A stretch of DNA of 64,000 bases, from the NCBI GenBank assembly GCA_964016885.1, contig OZ024740.1:38440001-38504000 (forward strand), read 5' to 3'. Numbering within the stretch: the first letter of the stretch is position 1; each line of letters opens with the position of its first letter. Made by a program: the position numbers and the translations under genes. The DNA comes from Eledone cirrhosa. Lineage: Eukaryota. Shown piece after piece: positions 16,531 to 32,900 of the stretch. The notes below the pieces were generated by a model. It was not told where the DNA came from, did not search any database, and saw only the letters and a program-made list of their open reading frames with translations.

Positions 16531-19500
16531 CATCTCACAGTGTACCTAGCTATATCTTATAGTGCACCTAATTACATCTCACAGTGTACCTAGCTATATC
16601 TTATAGTGCACCTAATTACATCTCACAGTATACCTAGCTATATCTTATAGTGGACCTAATTACATCTCACAGTGTACCTAGCTATATCTCATAGTGCACC
16701 TAATTATATCTCACAGTATACCTAGCTATATCTTATAGTGGACCTAATTACATCTTACAGTGTACCTAGCTATATCTCATAGTGCACCTAATTATATCTC
16801 ACAGTGTACCTAGCTATATCTTATAGTGCACCTAATTACATTTCACAGAGTACCTAGCTATATCTTATAGTGCACCTAATTACATCTCACAATGTACCTA
16901 GCTATATCTTATAGTGGACCTAATTATATCTCACAGTGTACCTAGCTATATCTTATAGTACACCTAATTACATCTCACAGTGTACCTAGCTATATCTTAT
17001 AGTGGACCTAATTACATCTCACAGTGTACCCAGCTATATCTTATAGTGCACCTAATTACATCTCACAGTGTACCTAGCTATATCTTAAGGTACGCCTAAT
17101 TACATCTCACAGTGTACCTAGCTATATATTATAGTGCACCTAATTATATCTCACAGTGTACCTAGCTATAACTTATAGTGCACCTAATTACATCTCACAG
17201 TGTACCTAGCTATAACTTATAGTGCACCTAATTATATTTCACAGTGTACCTAGCTATATCTTATAGTGGACCTAATTACATCTCACAGTGTCCCTAGCTA
17301 TATCTTATAGTGCACCTAATTACATCTCACAGTACACCTAGCTATATCTTATAGTGCACCTAATTACATCTCACAGTACACCTAGCTATATCTTATAGTG
17401 CACCTAATTACATCTCACAGTGCACCTAGTTACGTCTTATAGTGCACCTAATTACATCTCACAGTGCACCTAGTTACGTCTTATAGGGCACCTAATTACA
17501 TCTCACAGTGCACCTAATTTCATCTCATAGTACACCTAGTTACATCTTATGGTGCACCTAATTCCATCTCACAGTGCACCTAGTTACATATTATAGTACA
17601 CCTAGTTACATCTTATGGTGCACCTAGTTACATCTTATGGTGCACCTAGTTACATCTCACAGTGAACCTAGCTATATCTTATAGTGCACCTAATTACATC
17701 TCACAGTGTACCTAGCTATATCTTATAGTGCACCTAATTACATCTCACAGTGTACATAGCTATATCTTATAGTGCACCTAGTTACATCTTATGGTGCACC
17801 TAATTACATCTCACAGTGTACCTAGCTATATCTCATAGTGCACCTAATTACATCTCACAGTGCACTTAATTACATCTTATGGTGCACCTAATTACATCTC
17901 ACAGTCTACCTAGCTCTATCTTATAGTGCACCTAATTACATCTCACAGTGCACCTAATTACATCTTATGGTGCACCTAATTACATCTCACAGTCTACCTA
18001 GCTATATCTTATAGTGCACCTAGTTACATCTCACAGTGTACCTAGCTATATCTTATAGTGCACCTAATTACATCTCACAGTGTACCTAGCTATATCTTAT
18101 AGTACACCTAATTACATCTCGCAGTGTACCTAGCTATATCTTATAGTGCACCTAATTACATCTCACAGTATACCTAGCTATATCTTATAGTGCACCTAAT
18201 TACATCTCACAGTGCACCTAGTTACATCTTATGGTGTACCTAATTACATCTCACAGTGCACCTAGTTACATATTATAGTGCACCTAGTTACATTTTATGG
18301 TGCACCTAATTACATCTCTCAGTGCACCTAGTTACCTCTTATGGTGCACCTAATTACATCTCACGGTGCACCTAGTTACATCTTATGGTGCACCTAATTA
18401 CCTCTCACAGTACACCTAGCTACATCTTATGGTGCACCTAGTTACATCTTATGGTACACCTAGTTACATCTTATGGCGCACCTAGATACATCTTATGGTG
18501 CACCTAATTACATCTTATAGTACACCTAATTACATCTCAGTGTACCTAGCTATATCTTATAGTGCACCTAATTACATCTCACAGTGTACCTAGCTATATC
18601 TTATAGTACACCTAATTACATCTCAGTGTACCTAGCTATATCTTATAGTGCACCTAATTACATCTCACAGAGTACCTAGCTATATCTTACAGTGCACCTA
18701 ATTGCATCTCACAGTGTACCTAGCTATATCTTATAGTGCACCTAATTACATTTCACAGAGTACTTAGCTATATCTTGTAGTGCACCTAATTACATTTCAC
18801 AGCGTACCTAGCTATATCTTATAGTACACCTAATTACATTTCACAGTGTACCTAGCTATATCTTATAGTGCACCTAATTACATCTCACAGTATTCCTAGC
18901 TATATCTTATCATGCACCTAATTACATTTCACAGAGTACCTAGCTATATCTTATAGTGCACCTAATTACATCTCACAGTGTACCTAGCTATATCTTATAG
19001 TACACCTAATTACATCTCACAGTGTACCTAGCTATAACTTATAGTGCACCTAATTACATCTCACAGTGTACCTAGCTATATATTATAGTACACCTAATTA
19101 CATCTCACAGTGTACCTAGCTATAACTTATAGTGCACCTAATTACATCTCACAGTGTACCTAGCTATATCTTATAGTACACCTAATTACATCTCACAGTG
19201 TACCTAGCTATATCTTATAGTACACCTAATTACATCTCACAGTGTACCTAGCTATATCTTATAGTACACCTAATTACATCTCACAGTGTACCTAGCTATA
19301 TCTTATAGTGCACCTAATTACATCTCACAGTGTAGCTAGCTATATCTTATAGTGCACCTAATTACATCTCACAGTGTACCTAGCTGTATCTTATAGTGCA
19401 CCTAATTACATTTCACAGAGTACCTACCTATATCTTATAGTACACCTAATTACATCTCACAGTGCACCTAGTTACATCTTATGGTGCACCTAATTACATC

Positions 19501-22500
19501 TCACAGTGCACCTAGTTACATATTATAGTACACCTAGTTACATCTTATGGTACACCTAATTACATCTCACAGTGTACCTAGCTATATCTTATAGTGCACC
19601 TAATTACATCTCACAGTATACCTAGCTATATTTTATAGTGCACCTAATTACATCTCACAGTGTACCTAGCTATATCTTATAGTGCACCTAATTATATCAC
19701 ACAGTGTACCTAGTTATATCTCATAGTGCACCTAATTACATCTCACAGTGTACCTAGATATATCTTATAGTGCACCTAATTACATCTCACAGTGTGCCTA
19801 GCTATATCTTATAATGCACCTAATTACATCTCACAGTGTACCTAGCTATATCTTATAGTGCACCTAATTATATCTCACAGTGTACCTAGCTATATCTTAT
19901 AGTGCACCTAATTACATCTCACAGTGTAACTAGCTATATCTTATAGTGCACCTAATTACATCTCACAGTGTACCTAGCTATATCTTATAGTGCACCTAAT
20001 TACATCTCACAGTGTACCTAGCTATATCTTATAGTGCACCTAATTACATCTCACAGTGTACCTAGCTATAACTTAAGGTACACCTAATTACATCTCACAG
20101 TGTACCTAGCTATATCTTATAGTGCACCTAATTACATCTCACAGTGTACCTAGCTATATCTTAAGGTACACCTAATTACATCTCACAGTGTGCCTAGCTA
20201 TATCTTATAATGCACCTAATTACATCTCACAGTGTACCTAGCTATATCTTATAGTGCACCTAATTATATCTCACAGTGTACCTAGCTATATCTTATAGTG
20301 CACCTAATTATATCACACAGTGTACCTAGTTATATCTCATAGTGCACCTAATTACATCTCACAGTGTACCTAGATATATCTTATAATGCACATAATTACA
20401 TCTCACAGTGTACCTAGCTATATCTTATAGTGCACCTAATTACATCTCACAGTGTACCTAGCTATAATCTTATAGTGCACCTAATTACATCTCACAGTAC
20501 ACCTAGCTATATCTTATAGTGCACCTAATTACATCTCACAGTGTACCTAGCTATAATCTTATAGTGCACCTAATTACATCTCACAGTACACCTAGCTATA
20601 TCTTATAGTGCACCTAATTACATCTCACAGTGTACCTAGCTATAATCTTATAGTGCACCTAATTACATCTCACAGTACACCTAGCTATATCTTATAGTGC
20701 ACCTAATTACATCTCACAGTGTACCTAGCTATATCTTATAGTGCACCTAATTACATCTCACAGTGTACCTAGCTATAATCTTATAGTGCACCTAATTACA
20801 TCTCACAGTACACCTAGCTATATCTTATAGTACACCTAATTACATCTCACAGTGTACCTAGCTATATCTTATAGTGCACCTAATTACATCTCACAGTGTA
20901 CCTAGCTATAATCTTATAGTGCACCTAATTACATCTCACAGTACACCTAGCTATATCTTATAGTACACCTAATTACATCTCACAGTGTACCTAGCTATAT
21001 CTTATAGTGCACCTAATTACATCTCACAGTGTACCTAGCTATATCTTATAGTGCACCTAATTACATCTCACAGTGTACCTAGCTATATCTTATAGTGCAC
21101 CTAATTACATCTCACAGTGTACCTAGCTATATCTTATAGTGCACCTAATTACATCTCACAGTGCTCCTAGTTACATCTTATGTTACACCTAATTACATCT
21201 CACAGTGTACCTAGCTATATCTTATAGTGCACCTAATTACATCTCACAGTGTACCTAGCTATATCTTATAGTGCACCTAATTACATCTCACAGTGTACCT
21301 AGCTATATCTTATAGTGCACCTAATTACATCTCACAGTGTAACTAGCTATAATCTTATAGTGCACCTAATTACATCTCACAGTACACCTAGCTATATCTT
21401 ATAGTGCATCTAATTACATCTCACAGTGTACCTAGCTATAATCTTATAGTGCACCTAATTACAGCTCACAGTGTACCTAGTTTTATCTTATAGTGCACCT
21501 AATTACATCTCACAGTGCACCTAGCTATATCTTATAGTGCACCTAATTACATCTCACAGTGTACCTAGCTATATCTTATAGTACACCTAATTACATCTCA
21601 CAGTGTACCTAGCTATATCTTATAGTACACCTAATTACATCTCATAGTACACCTAGCTATATCTTATAGTGCACCTAATTACATCTCACAGTGTACCTAG
21701 CTATATGTTATAGTGCACCTAATTACATCTCACAGTGTACCTAGCTATATCTTATAGTACACCTAATTACATCTCATAGTACACCTAGCTATATCTTATA
21801 GTGCACCTAATTACATCTCACAGTGTACCTAGCTATATCTTATAGTGCACCTAATTACATCTCAGAGTGTACCTAGCTATATCTTATAGTGCACCTAATT
21901 ACATCTCACAGTATACCTAGCTATATCTTATGGTGCACCTAATTACATCTCATAGTACACCTAGTTACATCTTATGGTGCACCTAATTACATCTCACAGT
22001 GGACCTAGTTACATATTATAGTACACCTAGTTACATCTTATGGTGCACCTAGTTACATCTTATGGTACACCTAATTACATCTTACAGTGTACCTAGCTAT
22101 ATCTTATAGTGCACCTAATTACATCTCACAGTGTACCTAGCTATATCTTATAGTGCACATAATTACATCTCACAGTATACCTAGCTATATCTTATAGTGC
22201 ACCTAATTACATCTCACAGTGTACCTAGCTATATCTTATAGTGCACCTAATTACATCTCACAGTGTACCTAGCTATATCTTATAGTAACCTAATTACATC
22301 TCATAGTACACCTAGCTATATCTTATAGTGCACCTAATTACATATCACAGTGTACCTAGCTATATCTTATAGTGCACCTAATTACATCTCACAGTGTACC
22401 TAGATATATCTTATAGTGCACCTAATTATATCACACAGTGTACCTAGTTATATCTTATAGTGCACCTAATTACATCTCACAGTGTACCTAGATATATCTT

Positions 22501-25500
22501 ATAGTGCACCTAATTACATCTCACAGTGTACCTAGCTATATCTTATAGTGCACCTAATTACATCTCATAGTACACCTAGCTATATCTTATAGTGCACCTA
22601 ATTACATCTCACAGTGTACCTAGCTATATGTTATAGTGCACCTAATTACATCTCACAGTGCACCTAGTTACATCTTATGTTACACCTAATTACATCTCAC
22701 AGTGTACCTAGCTATAAGCTTATAGTGCACCTAATTACATCTCACAGTGTACCTAGCTATATCTTATAGTGCACCTAATTACATCTCACAGTGTACCTAG
22801 CTATATCTTATAGTGCACCTAATTACATCTCACAGTGCACCTAGTTACATCTTATGTTACACCTAATTACATCTCACAGTGTACCTAGCTATAAGCTTAT
22901 AGTGCACCTAATTACATCTCACAGTACACCTAGCTATATCTTATAGTGCACATAATTACATCTCACAGTGTACCTAGTTATATCTTATAGTGCACCTAAT
23001 TACAGCTCACAGTGTACCTAGCTATATCTTATAGTGCACCTAATTACATCTCACAGAGTACCTAGCTATATCTTATAGTGCACCTAATTACATCTCACAG
23101 AGTACCTAGCTATATCTTATAGGGCACCTAATTACATCTCACAGTGCACCTAGTTACATCTTATGGTACACCTAATTACATCTCACAGTACACCTAGCTA
23201 TATCTTATAGTGCACCTAAATACATCTCACAGTGTACCTAGCTATATCTTATAGTGCACCTAATTACATCTCACAGTGTACCTAGCTATATCTTATAGTG
23301 CACCTAATTACATCTCACAGTGTACCTAGCTATATATTATAGTGCACCTAATTACATCTCACAGTACACCTAGCTATATCTTATAGTGCACCTAATTACA
23401 TCTCACAGTGTACCTAGCTATATCTTATAGTGCACCTAATTACATCTCACAGTGTACCTAGCTATATCTTAAAGTACACCTATTTACATCTCACAGTGTA
23501 CCTAGCTATATCTTATAGTGCACCTAATTATATCTCACAGTGTACCTAGCTATAACTTATAGTGCACCTAATTACATCTCACAGTGTACCTAGCTATATC
23601 TTATAGTGCACCTAATTATATCTCACAGTGTACCTAGCTATATCTTATAGTGCACCTAATTATATCTCACAGTGTACCTAGCTATATCTTATAGTGCACC
23701 TAATTACATCTCACAGTGTACCTAGCTATATCTTATAGTGCACCTAATTATATCTCACAGTGTACCTAGCTATAACTTATAGTGCACCTAATTACATCTC
23801 ACAGTGTACCTAGCTATATCTTATAGTGCACCTAATTACATCTCACAGTGTACCTAGCTATATCTTATAGTGCACCTAATTACATCTCCCAGTGTACCTA
23901 GCTATATCTTATAGTGCACCTAATTACATCTCACAGTGTACCTAGCTATATCTTATAATGCACCTAATTACATCTCACAGTGCACCTAATTACAGCTCAC
24001 AGTGCACCTAGTTACATCTTATGGTACACCTAATTACATCTCACAGTGTACCTAGCTATATCTTATAGTGCACCTAATTACATCTCACAGAGTACCTAGC
24101 TATATCTTATAGTGCACCTACTTATATCTCACAGTGTACCTAGCTATATCTTATAGTGCACCTAATTACATCTCACTGTGCACCTAGCTATAACTTATAG
24201 TGCACCTAATTACATCTCACAGTGCACCTAGTTATATCTTATAGTACACCTAATTACATCTCACAGTGTACCTAGCTATATCTTATAGTGCACCTAATTA
24301 CATCTCACAATGCACCTAATTATATCTTATAGTGCACCTAATTACATCTCACAGTGCACCTAGTTACATCTTATGGTACACCTAATTACATTTCACAGTG
24401 TACCTAGCTATAAGCTTATAGTGCACCTAATTACATCTCACAGTATACCTAGCTATATCTTATAGTGCACCTAATTACATCTCACAGTGTACCTAGCTAT
24501 ATCTTTTAGTGCACCTAATTACATCTCACAGTGTACCTAGCTATATCTGATAGTGCACCTAATTACATCTCACAGTGCACCTAGCTATATCTTATGGTGC
24601 ACCTAATTACATCTCACAGAGTACCTAGCTATATCTTATAGTGCACCTAATTACATCTCACAGTGTACCTAGCTATAATCTTATAGTGCACCTAATTACA
24701 GCTCACAGTGTACCTAGTTATATCTTATAGTGCACCTAATTACATCTCACAGTATACCTAGCTATATCTTATAGTACACCTAATTACATCTCACAGTGCA
24801 CCTAGTTATATCTTATAGTGCACCCAATTACATCTCACAGTGTACCTAGCTATATGTTATAGTGCACCTAATTACATCTCACAGTGTACCTAGCTATATC
24901 TTATAGTGCACCTAATTACATCTCACAGTGTACCTAGCTATATCTTATAGTGCACCTAATTACATCTCACAGTGCTCCTAGTTACATCTTATGTTACACC
25001 TAATTACATCTCACAGTGTACCTAGCTATAATCTTATAGTGCACCTAATTACATCTCACAGTACACCTAGCTATATCTTATAGTGCACCTAATTACATCT
25101 CACAGAGTACCTAGCTATATCTTATGGTGCACCTAATTACATCTCACAGTGTACCTAGCTATATCTTATAGTACACCTAATTACATCTCACACTGTACCT
25201 AGCTATATTTATAGTGCACCTAATTACATTTCACAGTGCACCTAGTTACATCTTATGGTACACCTAATTACATCTCACAGTACACCTAGCTATATCTTAT
25301 AGTGCACCTAATTACATCTCACCGTACACCTAGCTATATCTTATAGTGCACCTAATTACATCTCACAGTGTACCTAGCTATATCTTATAGTGCACCTAAA
25401 TATATCTCACAGTGTACCTAGCTATAACTTATAGTGCACCTAATTACATCTCACAGTGTACCTAGCTATATCTTATAGTGCACCTAAATATATCTCACAG

Positions 25501-26424
25501 TGTACCTAGCTATAACTTATAGTGCACCTAATTACATCTCACAGTGTACCTAGCTATATCTTATAGTGCACCTAATTACATCTCACAGTGTACCTAGCTA
25601 TATCTTATAGTGCACCTAATTACATCTCACAATGTACCTAGCTATATCTTATAGTGCACCTAATTACATCTCACAGTGTACCCAGCTATATCTTATAGTG
25701 CACCTAATTACATCTCACAATGTACCTAGCTATATCTTATGGTGCACCTAATTACATCTCACAGTGTACCTAGCTGTATCTTATGGTGCACCTAATTACA
25801 TCTCACAGTGCACCTAGTTACATCTTATAGTACACCTAATTACAAACCACAGTGCACATAATTACATCTCACAGTACACCTAGTTACATCTTATGGTGCA
25901 CCTAATTACATCTCATAGTACACCTAGTTACATCTTATGGTGCACCTAATTACATCTCACAGTGCACCTAGTTGCATATTATAGTACACCTAGTTACATC
26001 TTATGGTGCACCTAGTTACATCTTATGGTACACCTAATTACATCTTACAGTGTACCTAGCTATATCTTATAGTGCACCTAATTACATCTCACAGTGTACC
26101 TAGCTATATCTTATAGTGCACCTAATTACATCTCACAGTATACCTAGCTATATCTTATAGTGCACCTAATTACATCTCACAGTGTACCTAGCTATATCTT
26201 ATAGTGCACCTAATTATATCACACAGTGTACCTAGTTATATCTTATAGTGCACCTAATTACATCTCACAGTGTACCTAGATATATCTTATAGTGCACCTA
26301 ATTACAGCTCACAGTGTACCTAGCTATATCTTATAGTGCACCTAATTACATCTCATAGTACACCTAGCTATATCTTATAGTGCACCTAATTACATCTCAC
26401 AGTGTACCTAGCTATATGTTATAG

Positions 26425-29400
26425 TGCACCTAATTACATCTCACAGTGTACCTAGCTATATCTTATAGTGCACCTAATTACATCTCACAGTGTACCTAGC
26501 TATATCTTATAGTGCACCTAATTACATCTCACAGTGCTCCTAGTTACATCTTATGTTACACCTAATTACATCTCACAGTGTACCTAGCTATAAGCTTATA
26601 GTGCACCTAATTACATCTCACAGTACACCTAGCTATATCTTATAGTGCGCCTAATTACATCTCACAGAGAACCTAGCTATATCTTATAGTGCACCTAATT
26701 ACATCTCACAGTGTACCTAGCTATATCTTATAGTGCACCTAATTACATCTCACAGTGTACCCAGCTATATCTTATAGTGCACATAATTACATCTCACAGT
26801 GTACCTAGTTATATCTTATAGTGCACCTAATTACAGCTCACAGTGTACCTAGCTATATCTTATAGTGCACCTAATTACATCTCACAGAGTACCTAGCTAT
26901 ATCTTATAGTGCACCTAATTACATCTCACAGAGTACCTAGCTATATCTTATAGGGCACCTAATTACATCTCACAGTGCACCTAGTTACATCTTATGGTAC
27001 ACCTAATTACATCTCACAGTACACCTAGCTATATCTTATAGTGCACCTAAATACATCTCACAGTGTACCTAGCTATATCTTATAGTGCACCTAATTACAT
27101 CTCACAGTGTACCTAGCTATATCTTATAGTGCACCTAATTACATCTCACAGTGTACCTAGCTATATATTATAGTGCACCTAATTACATCTCACAGTACAC
27201 CTAGCTATATCTTATAGTGCACCTAATTACATCTCACAGTGTACCTAGCTATATCTTATAGTGCACCTAATTACATCTCACAGTGTACCTAGCTATATCT
27301 TAAAGTACACCTAATTACATCTCACAGTGTACCTAGCTATATCTTATAGTGCACCTAATTATATCTCACAGTGTACCTAGCTATAACTTATAGTGCACCT
27401 AATTACATCTCACAGTGTACCTAGCTATATCTTATAGTGCACCTAATTATATCTCACAGTGTACCTAGCTATATCTTATAGTGCACCTAATTATATCTCA
27501 CAGTGTACCTAGCTATATCTTATAGTGCACCTAATTACATCTCACAGTGTACCCAGCTATATCTTATAGTGCACCTAATTACATCTCACAGTGTACCTAG
27601 CTATATCTTATAGTGCACCTAATTACATCTCACAGTGTACCTAGCTATATCTTATAGTGCACCTAATTACATCTCACAGTGTACCTAGCTATATCTTATA
27701 GTGCACCTAATTACAGCTCACAGTGTACCTAGCTATATCTTATAGTGCACCTAATTACATCTCCCAGTGTACCTAGCTATATCTTATAGTGCACCTAATT
27801 ACATCTCACAGTGTACCTAGCTATATCTTATAATGCACCTAATTACATCTCACAGTGCACCTAATTACAGCTCACAGTGCACCTAGTTACATCTTATGGT
27901 ACACCTAATTACATCTCACAGTGTACCTAGCTATATCTTATAGTGCACCTAATTACATCTCACAGTGTACCTAGCTATATCTTATAGTGGACCTAATTAC
28001 ATCTCACAATATACCTAGCTATATCTTATAGTGCACCTACTTATATCTCACAGTGTACCTAGCTATATCTTATAGTGCACCTAATTACATCTCACAGTGC
28101 ACCTAGTTATATCTGATAGTACACCTAATTACATCTCACAGTATACCTAGCTATATCTAATAGTGCACCTAATTACATCTCACAGTGTACCTAGCTATAT
28201 CTTATAGTGCACCTAATTACATCTCACAGTGTACCTAGCTATATCTTATAGTGCACCTAATTACATCTCACAGTGCTCCTAGTTACATCTTATGTTACAC
28301 CTAATTACATCTCACAGTGTACCTAGCTATAAGCTTATAGTGCACCTAATTACATCTCACAGTACACCTAGCTATATCTTATAGTGCGCCTAATTACATC
28401 TCACAGAGAACCTAGCTATATCTTATAGTGCACCTAATTACATCTCACAGTGTACCTAGCTATATCTTATAGTGCACCTAATTACATCTCACAGTGTACC
28501 CAGCTATATCTTATAGTGCACATAATTACATCTCACAGTGTACCTAGTTATATCTTATAGTGCACCTAATTACAGCTCACAGTGTACCTAGCTATATCTT
28601 ATAGTGCACCTAATTACATCTCACAGAGTACCTAGCTATATCTTATAGTGCACCTAATTACATCTCACAGAGTACCTAGCTATATCTTATAGGGCACCTA
28701 ATTACATCTCACAGTGCACCTAGTTACATCTTATGGTACACCTAATTACATCTCACAGTACACCTAGCTATATCTTATAGTGCACCTAAATACATCTCAC
28801 AGTGTACCTAGCTATATCTTATAGTGCACCTAATTACATCTCACAGTGTACCTAGCTATATCTTATAGTGCACCTAATTACATCTCACAGTGTACCTAGC
28901 TATATATTATAGTGCACCTAATTACATCTCACAGTACACCTAGCTATATCTTATAGTGCACCTAATTACATCTCACAGTGTACCTAGCTATATCTTATAG
29001 TGCACCTAATTACATCTCACAGTGTACCTAGCTATATCTTAAAGTACACCTAATTACATCTCACAGTGTACCTAGCTATATCTTATAGTGCACCTAATTA
29101 TATCTCACAGTGTACCTAGCTATAACTTATAGTGCACCTAATTACATCTCACAGTGTACCTAGCTATATCTTATAGTGCACCTAATTATATCTCACAGTG
29201 TACCTAGCTATATCTTATAGTGCACCTAATTATATCTCACAGTGTACCTAGCTATATCTTATAGTGCACCTAATTACATCTCACAGTGTACCCAGCTATA
29301 TCTTATAGTGCACCTAATTACATCTCACAGTGTACCTAGCTATATCTTATAGTGCACCTAATTACATCTCACAGTGTACCTAGCTATATCTTATAGTGCA

Positions 29401-29985
29401 CCTAATTACATCTCACAGTGTACCTAGCTATATCTTATAGTGCACCTAATTACAGCTCACAGTGTAGCTAGCTATATCTTATAGTGCACCTAATTACATC
29501 TCCCAGTGTACCTAGCTATATCTTATAGTGCACCTAATTACATCTCACAGTGTACCTAGCTATATCTTATAATGCACCTAATTACATCTCACAGTGCACC
29601 TAATTACAGCTCACAGTGCACCTAGTTACATCTTATGGTACACCTAATTACATCTCACAGTGTACCTAGCTATATCTTATAGTGCACCTAATTACATCTC
29701 ACAGTGTACCTAGCTATATCTTATAGTGGACCTAATTACATCTCACAATATACCTAGCTATATCTTATAGTGCACCTACTTATATCTCACAGTGTACCTA
29801 GCTATATCTTATAGTGCACCTAATTACATCTCACAGTGCACCTAGTTATATCTGATAGTACACCTAATTACATCTCACAGTATACCTAGCTATATCTAAT
29901 AGTGCACCTAATTACATCTCACAGTGTACCTAGCTATATCTTATAGTGCACCTAATTACATCTCACAGTGTACCTAGCTATATCT
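26425..29985 (+). repeat. 1,739-bp tandem duplication, with a more diverged partial copy at about 22860-24100
   Basis: GCGC followed by CAGAGAACC at 26647/28386; AGGGCACC at 23121/26952/28691; TAAAGTAC at 23470/27301/29040. 1739 = 79 x 22 + 1. Confidence 0.92.
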
Positions 29986-32900
29986 GATAGTGCACCTAAT
30001 TACATCTCACAGTGCACCTAGTTATATCTGATAGTACACCTAATTACATCTCACAGTATACCTAGCTATATCTAATAGTGCACCTAATTACATCTCACAG
30101 TGTACCTAGCTATATCTTTTAGTGCACCTAATTACATCTCACAGTGTACCTAGCTATATCTGATAGTGCACCTAATTACATCTCACAGTGCACCTAGCTA
30201 TATCTTATAGTACACCCAATTACATCTCACAGTATACCTAGCTATATCTTTTAGTGCACCTAATTACATCTCACAGTGTACCTAACTATATCTTATAGTG
30301 CACCTAATTACATCTCACAGTGTACCTAGCTATATCTTATAGTGCACCTAATTACATCTCACAGTGTACCTAGCTATATCTTATTGTGCACCTAATTACA
30401 TCTCACAGTATACCTAGCTATATCTTATAGTGCACCTAATTACATCTCACAGTGTACCTAGCTATATCTTATAGTGCACCTAATTATATCTGACAGTGTA
30501 CCCAGCTATATCTTATAGTGCACCTAATTACATCTCACAATGTACCTAGCTATATCTTATGGTGCACCTAATTACATCTCACAGTGAACCTAGCTGTATC
30601 TTATGGTGCACCTAATTACATCTCACAGTGCACCTAGTTACATCTTATAGTACACCTAATTACAACTCACAGTGCACATAATTACATCTCACAGTACACC
30701 TAGTTACATCTTATGGTGCACCTAATTACATCTCACAGTGCACCTAGTTACATATTATAGTACACCTAGTTACATCTTATGGTGCACCTAGTTACATCTT
30801 ATGGTACACCTAATTACATCTCACAGTGTACCTAGCTATATCTTATAGTGCACTTAATTGCATCTCACAGTATACCTAGCTATATTTTATAGTGCACCTA
30901 ATTACATCTCACAGTGTACCTAGCTATATCTTATAGTGCACCTAATTACATCTCACAGTGTACCTAGCTATATCTTATAGTGCACTTAATTACATCTCAC
31001 AGTATACCTAGATATATCTTATAGTGCACCTAATTACATCTCACAGTGTGCCTAGCTATATCTTATAGTGCACCTAATTACATCTCACAGTGTACCTAGC
31101 TATATCTTATAGTGCACCTAATTATATCTCACAGTGTACCTAGCTATATCTTATAGTACACCTAATTACATCTTACAGTGTACCTAGCTATATCTTATAG
31201 TGCACCTAATTATATCTCACAGTGTACCTAGCTATATCTTATAGTGCACCTAATTACATCTCACAGTGTAACTAGCTATATCTTATAGTGCACCTAATTA
31301 CATCTCACAGTACACCTAGCTATATCTTATAGTGCACCTAATTACATCTCACAGTGTACCTAGCTATAACTTAAGGTACACCTAATTACATCTCACAGTG
31401 TACCTAGCTATATCTTATAGTGCACCTAATTACATCTCACAGTGTACCTAGCTATATCTTAAGGTACACCTAATTACATCTCACAGTGTACCTAGCTATA
31501 TCTTATAGTGCACCTAATTATATCTCACAGTATACCTAGCTATATCTTATAGTGCACCTAATTACATCTCACAGTGTACCTAGCTATAATCTTATAGTGC
31601 ACCTAATTACATCTCACAGTACACCTAGCTATATCTTATAGTGCACCTAATTACATCTCACAGTGTACCTAGCTATAATCTTATAGTGCACCTAATTACA
31701 TCTCACAGTGTACCTAGCTATAACTTAAGGTACACCTAATTACATCTCACAGTGTACCTAGCTATATCTTATAGTGCACCTAATTACATCTCACAGTGTA
31801 CCTAGCTATATCTTATAGTGCACCTAATTACATCTCACAGTGTACCTAGCTATAATCTTATAGTGCACCTAATTACATCTCACAGTACACCTAGCTATAT
31901 ATTATAGTGCATCTAATTACATCTCACAGTGTACCTAGCTATAATCTTATAGTGCACATAATTACATCTCACAGTGTACCTAGCTATAATCTTATAGTGC
32001 ACCTAATTACATCTCACAGTACACCTAGCTATATCTTGTAGTGCACCTAATTACATCTCACAGTGTACCTAGCTATAATCTTATAGTGCACCTAATTACA
32101 TCTCACAGTACACCTAGCTATATCTTATAGTGCACCTAATTACATCTCACAGTACACCTAGCTATATCTTATAGTGCATCTAATTACATCTCACAGTGTA
32201 CCTAGCTATATCTTATAGTACACCTAATTATATCTCACAGTGTACCTAGCTATATCTTATAGTGCACCTAATTTCATCTCATAGTACACCTAGTTACATC
32301 TTATGGTGCACCTAATTACATCTCACAGTGCACCTAGTTACATATTATAGTACACCAAGTTACATCTTATGGTGCACCTAGTTACATCTTATGGTACACC
32401 TAATTACATCTCACAGTGTACCTAGCTATATCTTATAGTGCACCAAATTACATCTCACAGTACACCTAGCTATATCTTATAGTGCATCTAATTACATCTC
32501 ACAGTATACCTAGCTATATCTTATAGTGCACCTAATTACATCTCACAGTGTACCTAGCTATATCTTATAGTACACCTAATTACATCTCACAGTGTACCTA
32601 GCTATATCTTATAGTGCACCTAATTACATCTCACAGTGTACCTAGCTATATCTTATAGTGCACCTAATTATATCTCACAGTGTACCTAGCTATAACTTAT
32701 AGTGCACCTAATTACATCTCACAGTGTACCTAGCTATATCTTATAGTGCACCTAATTACATCTCACAGTGTACCTAGCTATATCTTATAGTGCACCTAAT
32801 TATATCTCACAGTGTAACTAGCTATATCTTATAGTGCACCTAATTACATCTCACAGTGTACCCAGCTATATCTTATAGTGCACCTAATTACATCTCACAG

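Larger units (their letters stand above)
1..19485 (+). repeat. Copy 1 of a large duplication (at least 19.5 kb; left end outside the window)
   Basis: Rare variants recur in the same order at fixed offsets: TGGACC...CACAATATACC 71 vs 29727, AACCTAGCTGT 931 vs 30587 and TACACCAAAT 4191 vs 33847 (offset 29,656); TCATCTCAGT 4511 vs 34123, AGTAACATC 12831 vs 42443 and GGCGCACC 18475 vs 48087 (offset 29,612). Confidence 0.96.
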
